A stretch of 64,000 nt of DNA, taken from positions 96,001 to 160,000 of the forward strand of contig JBILLK010000018.1 in the NCBI GenBank assembly GCA_044376115.1, read 5' to 3'. This stretch comes from Polyangiaceae bacterium (GTDB lineage: Bacteria > Myxococcota_A > Polyangia > Polyangiales > Polyangiaceae). Under the pieces are notes generated by a model, which was given only the letters and a program-made list of their open reading frames with translations, did not search any database and had not been told where the DNA came from. Shown here in pieces: positions 61,894 to 64,000 of the stretch (position 1 is the stretch's first letter; each line of letters opens with the position of its first letter). The translations under genes were made by a program, and so were the position numbers.

Positions 61894-64000
61894 GTGGCAT
61901 CGACGATCACCGAAGGAGTGCTGTTTCAATCCTCAGCGCTCGGGGACACGCAGTGGACGGTTCGCTCGCTCGAGGGGGAGGACGCGCTCAATCAAGAGTA
62001 TCGCTTCCACGTGCACTTGGAGCTGGCGAAGGGCGACCTTTCGAATGAGGACCTGGAGAGGATGCTCGAGGCGTCAGCCACGTTGTCGTTTGTCGAGGCT
62101 GGCCGCGAGCTCAACCGATTCTCCGGTGTCATCTCCGAACTCACGGCGCATCCAGACGTCGAGCGAACACGGACGGATCTCCATCTCGAGTTGGTGCCAC
62201 GGACCGCGCTTGCAGCGCACCGCCGCGGGAGCGAACTCTACCTCGAGAAGACGGTTCCCGAGGTCCTTGTCGATAAGCTCAAAGCCTTGGGCCTTTTGCC
62301 CGAGCGCGACTTCGCCCTACTGCTCCGAGCCGCCTACCCGCGCCGCGAGTTCATCGCTCAGTACGAAGAGACCGACCTGGCGTTTCTTCGACGGCTCTGT
62401 GAAGCAGCCGGCATCACCACCAACTTCGAGGAACGCCAACAGGGCGAGGTCCTGGTGCTCAGTGATGGGAATACGCCGTTCGAGGAGGTCCTCCGCCCGC
62501 GGCTACGCGCGCGTCACCGCGCGGACCACCCGGCTGCGTATGACGTTCACACCACGCTTCGACGGGTGCCGCAGAGCGTGCAGATGCACGACTATAACTA
62601 CCGCACTCCTCGTCTCGCACTCCAAGAGCGTGAGACGACAAAGCAGGCGGGCTCGACTGGAGAGTGGACGGAGTTCGGCCATCATCCGAAGACCGTTCGC
62701 GAGACGCGCGAGCTCGCCGAAACGCGCACGCAGGAAAAGGCGGCGCGACATCATGTGATCAAGGGCTCGGCGACGGAGGCGTGCCTTCGATCGGGCCGCG
62801 TCGTCCATATCCTCGATGCCGTTGCCTCTGAGCAGTCCGTTCTCCTGACGCGCGTCGAGTACCGATTTCGCGCGAAGGAAGGCGCCAGTGAGCAACAGGG
62901 CTGGGAGAACCGGTTCGAGGGGATTCCGGCGAACGTTGTTTTTCGTCCGCAGCGCGTGACGCCAGTCCCACGGATTTCGGGTCTGCTGAACGCAGTCGTC
63001 GACGGCGCCATTCGAGGGGACTACGCCGAGCTCGACGAACTCGGACGTTACAGGCTTCGGTTTGCGCACGACCGATCGGGCCGAACGGACCTCGGAGCGA
63101 CGCACCCGGTCCGAATGATGCAGCCTCACGCGGGAGCGAGCTACGGGATGCACTTCCCGTTACGCCCCGGGACGGAAGTGCTCGTTGGCTTCGTCAATGG
63201 CGACCCCGACCGGCCGGTCATCGTTGGGGCAGCACCCAACCCTGCCACGGTCAGCCCAGTAGCCGTCCGCAATCAAACGCAGAACGTGCTGCGCACTGGC
63301 TCCAACAACGAAATGGTCATTGAGGACCTCAAGGAGCATGAGCGGATCCGCATCCACACGCCGCACGCTGCCACGACGCTCCAGCTTGGATCTCCTGAGG
63401 AGGCTGAAGAAGGCGTCTTGCTGACGACGGAGGCACACGTCACGTCGATGTCTCGGCTTTCGAACAATACGGTAACGGACCGACACACGACGATCGCGCG
63501 CTCGGCAACGGCCACCCTCGGAGAGCGGATGGTCATGGTTGCAGGCCTGCGAGGTGTCGCAGCATCAGCTGACGGGGCGATCGAGCGGCCGGGTGCGGTG
63601 TCGCTCGACACGCTCGCGACGGATCTGCGGAGGATCACCCGCGCGCCGACGCTGCCCGGAGCAACCCACGGGTCCGCAGAAACGACACCCTCGGATTCCC
63701 CCATCGTGCTGCCGATGGAGGCGCGACTTCAGAGTGACACGGCTGCCCAAGTTGCCGAGCGGACCGAAGAGGCTGCGCTGGAGTTGGTGCGTGTGATGAG
63801 CCGCGCAGCCGACCACGGTCTCGACGCAGCCCAGGGCCGCCTGCAAGGCGAGCCTCTTGGTGAACCGACCGAGCCGGCAGCCATCATCGTGAGCGAGCGA
63901 ACGGCCGCGCTCGTGGGACGCGAGAGCGCGCTCGTCTCTGGGGATCGCACAGCGACGCTATCGTCACCCAAGTCCGCCGCTGTCCTCGGTCAGGAGACTG
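61894..64000 (+). CDS. vgrG: Type VI secretion spike protein VgrG (3'-truncated by the window)
   Basis: AGAGAGG RBS, GTG start, frame +1: LEGEDALNQEYRF, QYEETDLAFLRRLCEAAGI, DYNYRTP, LDELGRY, QPHAG..YGMHFPLRPGTEVLVGFVNGDPDRP. Absent from the ORF track because it has no stop in the window. Confidence 0.93.
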   Translation, partial: MASTITEGVLFQSSALGDTQWTVRSLEGEDALNQEYRFHVHLELAKGDLSNEDLERMLEASATLSFVEAGRELNRFSGVISELTAHPDVERTRTDLHLELVPRTALAAHRRGSELYLEKTVPEVLVDKLKALGLLPERDFALLLRAAYPRREFIAQYEETDLAFLRRLCEAAGITTNFEERQQGEVLVLSDGNTPFEEVLRPRLRARHRADHPAAYDVHTTLRRVPQSVQMHDYNYRTPRLALQERETTKQAGSTGEWTEFGHHPKTVRETRELAETRTQEKAARHHVIKGSATEACLRSGRVVHILDAVASEQSVLLTRVEYRFRAKEGASEQQGWENRFEGIPANVVFRPQRVTPVPRISGLLNAVVDGAIRGDYAELDELGRYRLRFAHDRSGRTDLGATHPVRMMQPHAGASYGMHFPLRPGTEVLVGFVNGDPDRPVIVGAAPNPATVSPVAVRNQTQNVLRTGSNNEMVIEDLKEHERIRIHTPHAATTLQLGSPEEAEEGVLLTTEAHVTSMSRLSNNTVTDRHTTIARSATATLGERMVMVAGLRGVAASADGAIERPGAVSLDTLATDLRRITRAPTLPGATHGSAETTPSDSPIVLPMEARLQSDTAAQVAERTEEAALELVRVMSRAADHGLDAAQGRLQGEPLGEPTEPAAIIVSERTAALVGRESALVSGDRTATLSSPKSAAVLGQET

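Noticed and set aside
61673..62758. 361-aa Arg/Ser-rich ORF
   Set aside because: It is an out-of-frame shadow of vgrG with no protein-like composition.
1..64000. Many overlapping antisense and alternate-frame ORFs; tRNA, rRNA and IS elements
   Set aside because: The extra ORFs are expected shadows in high-GC coding DNA. No cloverleaf, rRNA-like or transposase signature was recognised by eye.

Overview
GC-rich bacterial DNA. The gene repertoire (several Ser/Thr kinases, Cys-rich lipoproteins, an ECF sigma triad, DUF2169/pentapeptide/DUF3540/DUF4150/VgrG genes) suggests a myxobacterium, probably Polyangiaceae-like; this is inference. Positions 1-50.5 kb are mostly housekeeping and envelope genes: acyl-CoA synthetase, acyltransferase, DEAD-box helicase, rhomboid, sohB, astB, Wza-like exporter, amt, enoyl-CoA hydratase, ECF sigma, an OmpR-type two-component system, MFS and GNAT. 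A clear cobalamin riboswitch precedes a BtuH-like/BtuB/BtuG-like uptake operon. From 50.7 kb to the end lies a type VI secretion spike/effector island, including a vgrG that runs off the window and is missing from the ORF track. The best candidate for an undescribed system is a tightly coupled 7-gene operon (8201-14900, minus strand). It encodes a small nuclease-fold-like protein, a coiled-coil protein, a GT-B glycosyltransferase, three consecutive radical SAM enzymes and a membrane-anchored protein. Other notable signals: a GlnR-box-like 11-bp-period array upstream of amt, a dispersed GAA-triloop hairpin repeat family, an exported dikinase with a glucan-water-dikinase-like domain order, an EXPERA (sterol isomerase-like) protein, a K+-channel pore protein with a non-canonical filter, and a LysM/Cys-His amidase-like effector with a coupled lipoprotein. 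No rRNA, tRNA, CRISPR array or transposase was seen. All family calls come from motif recognition by eye, not database searches.
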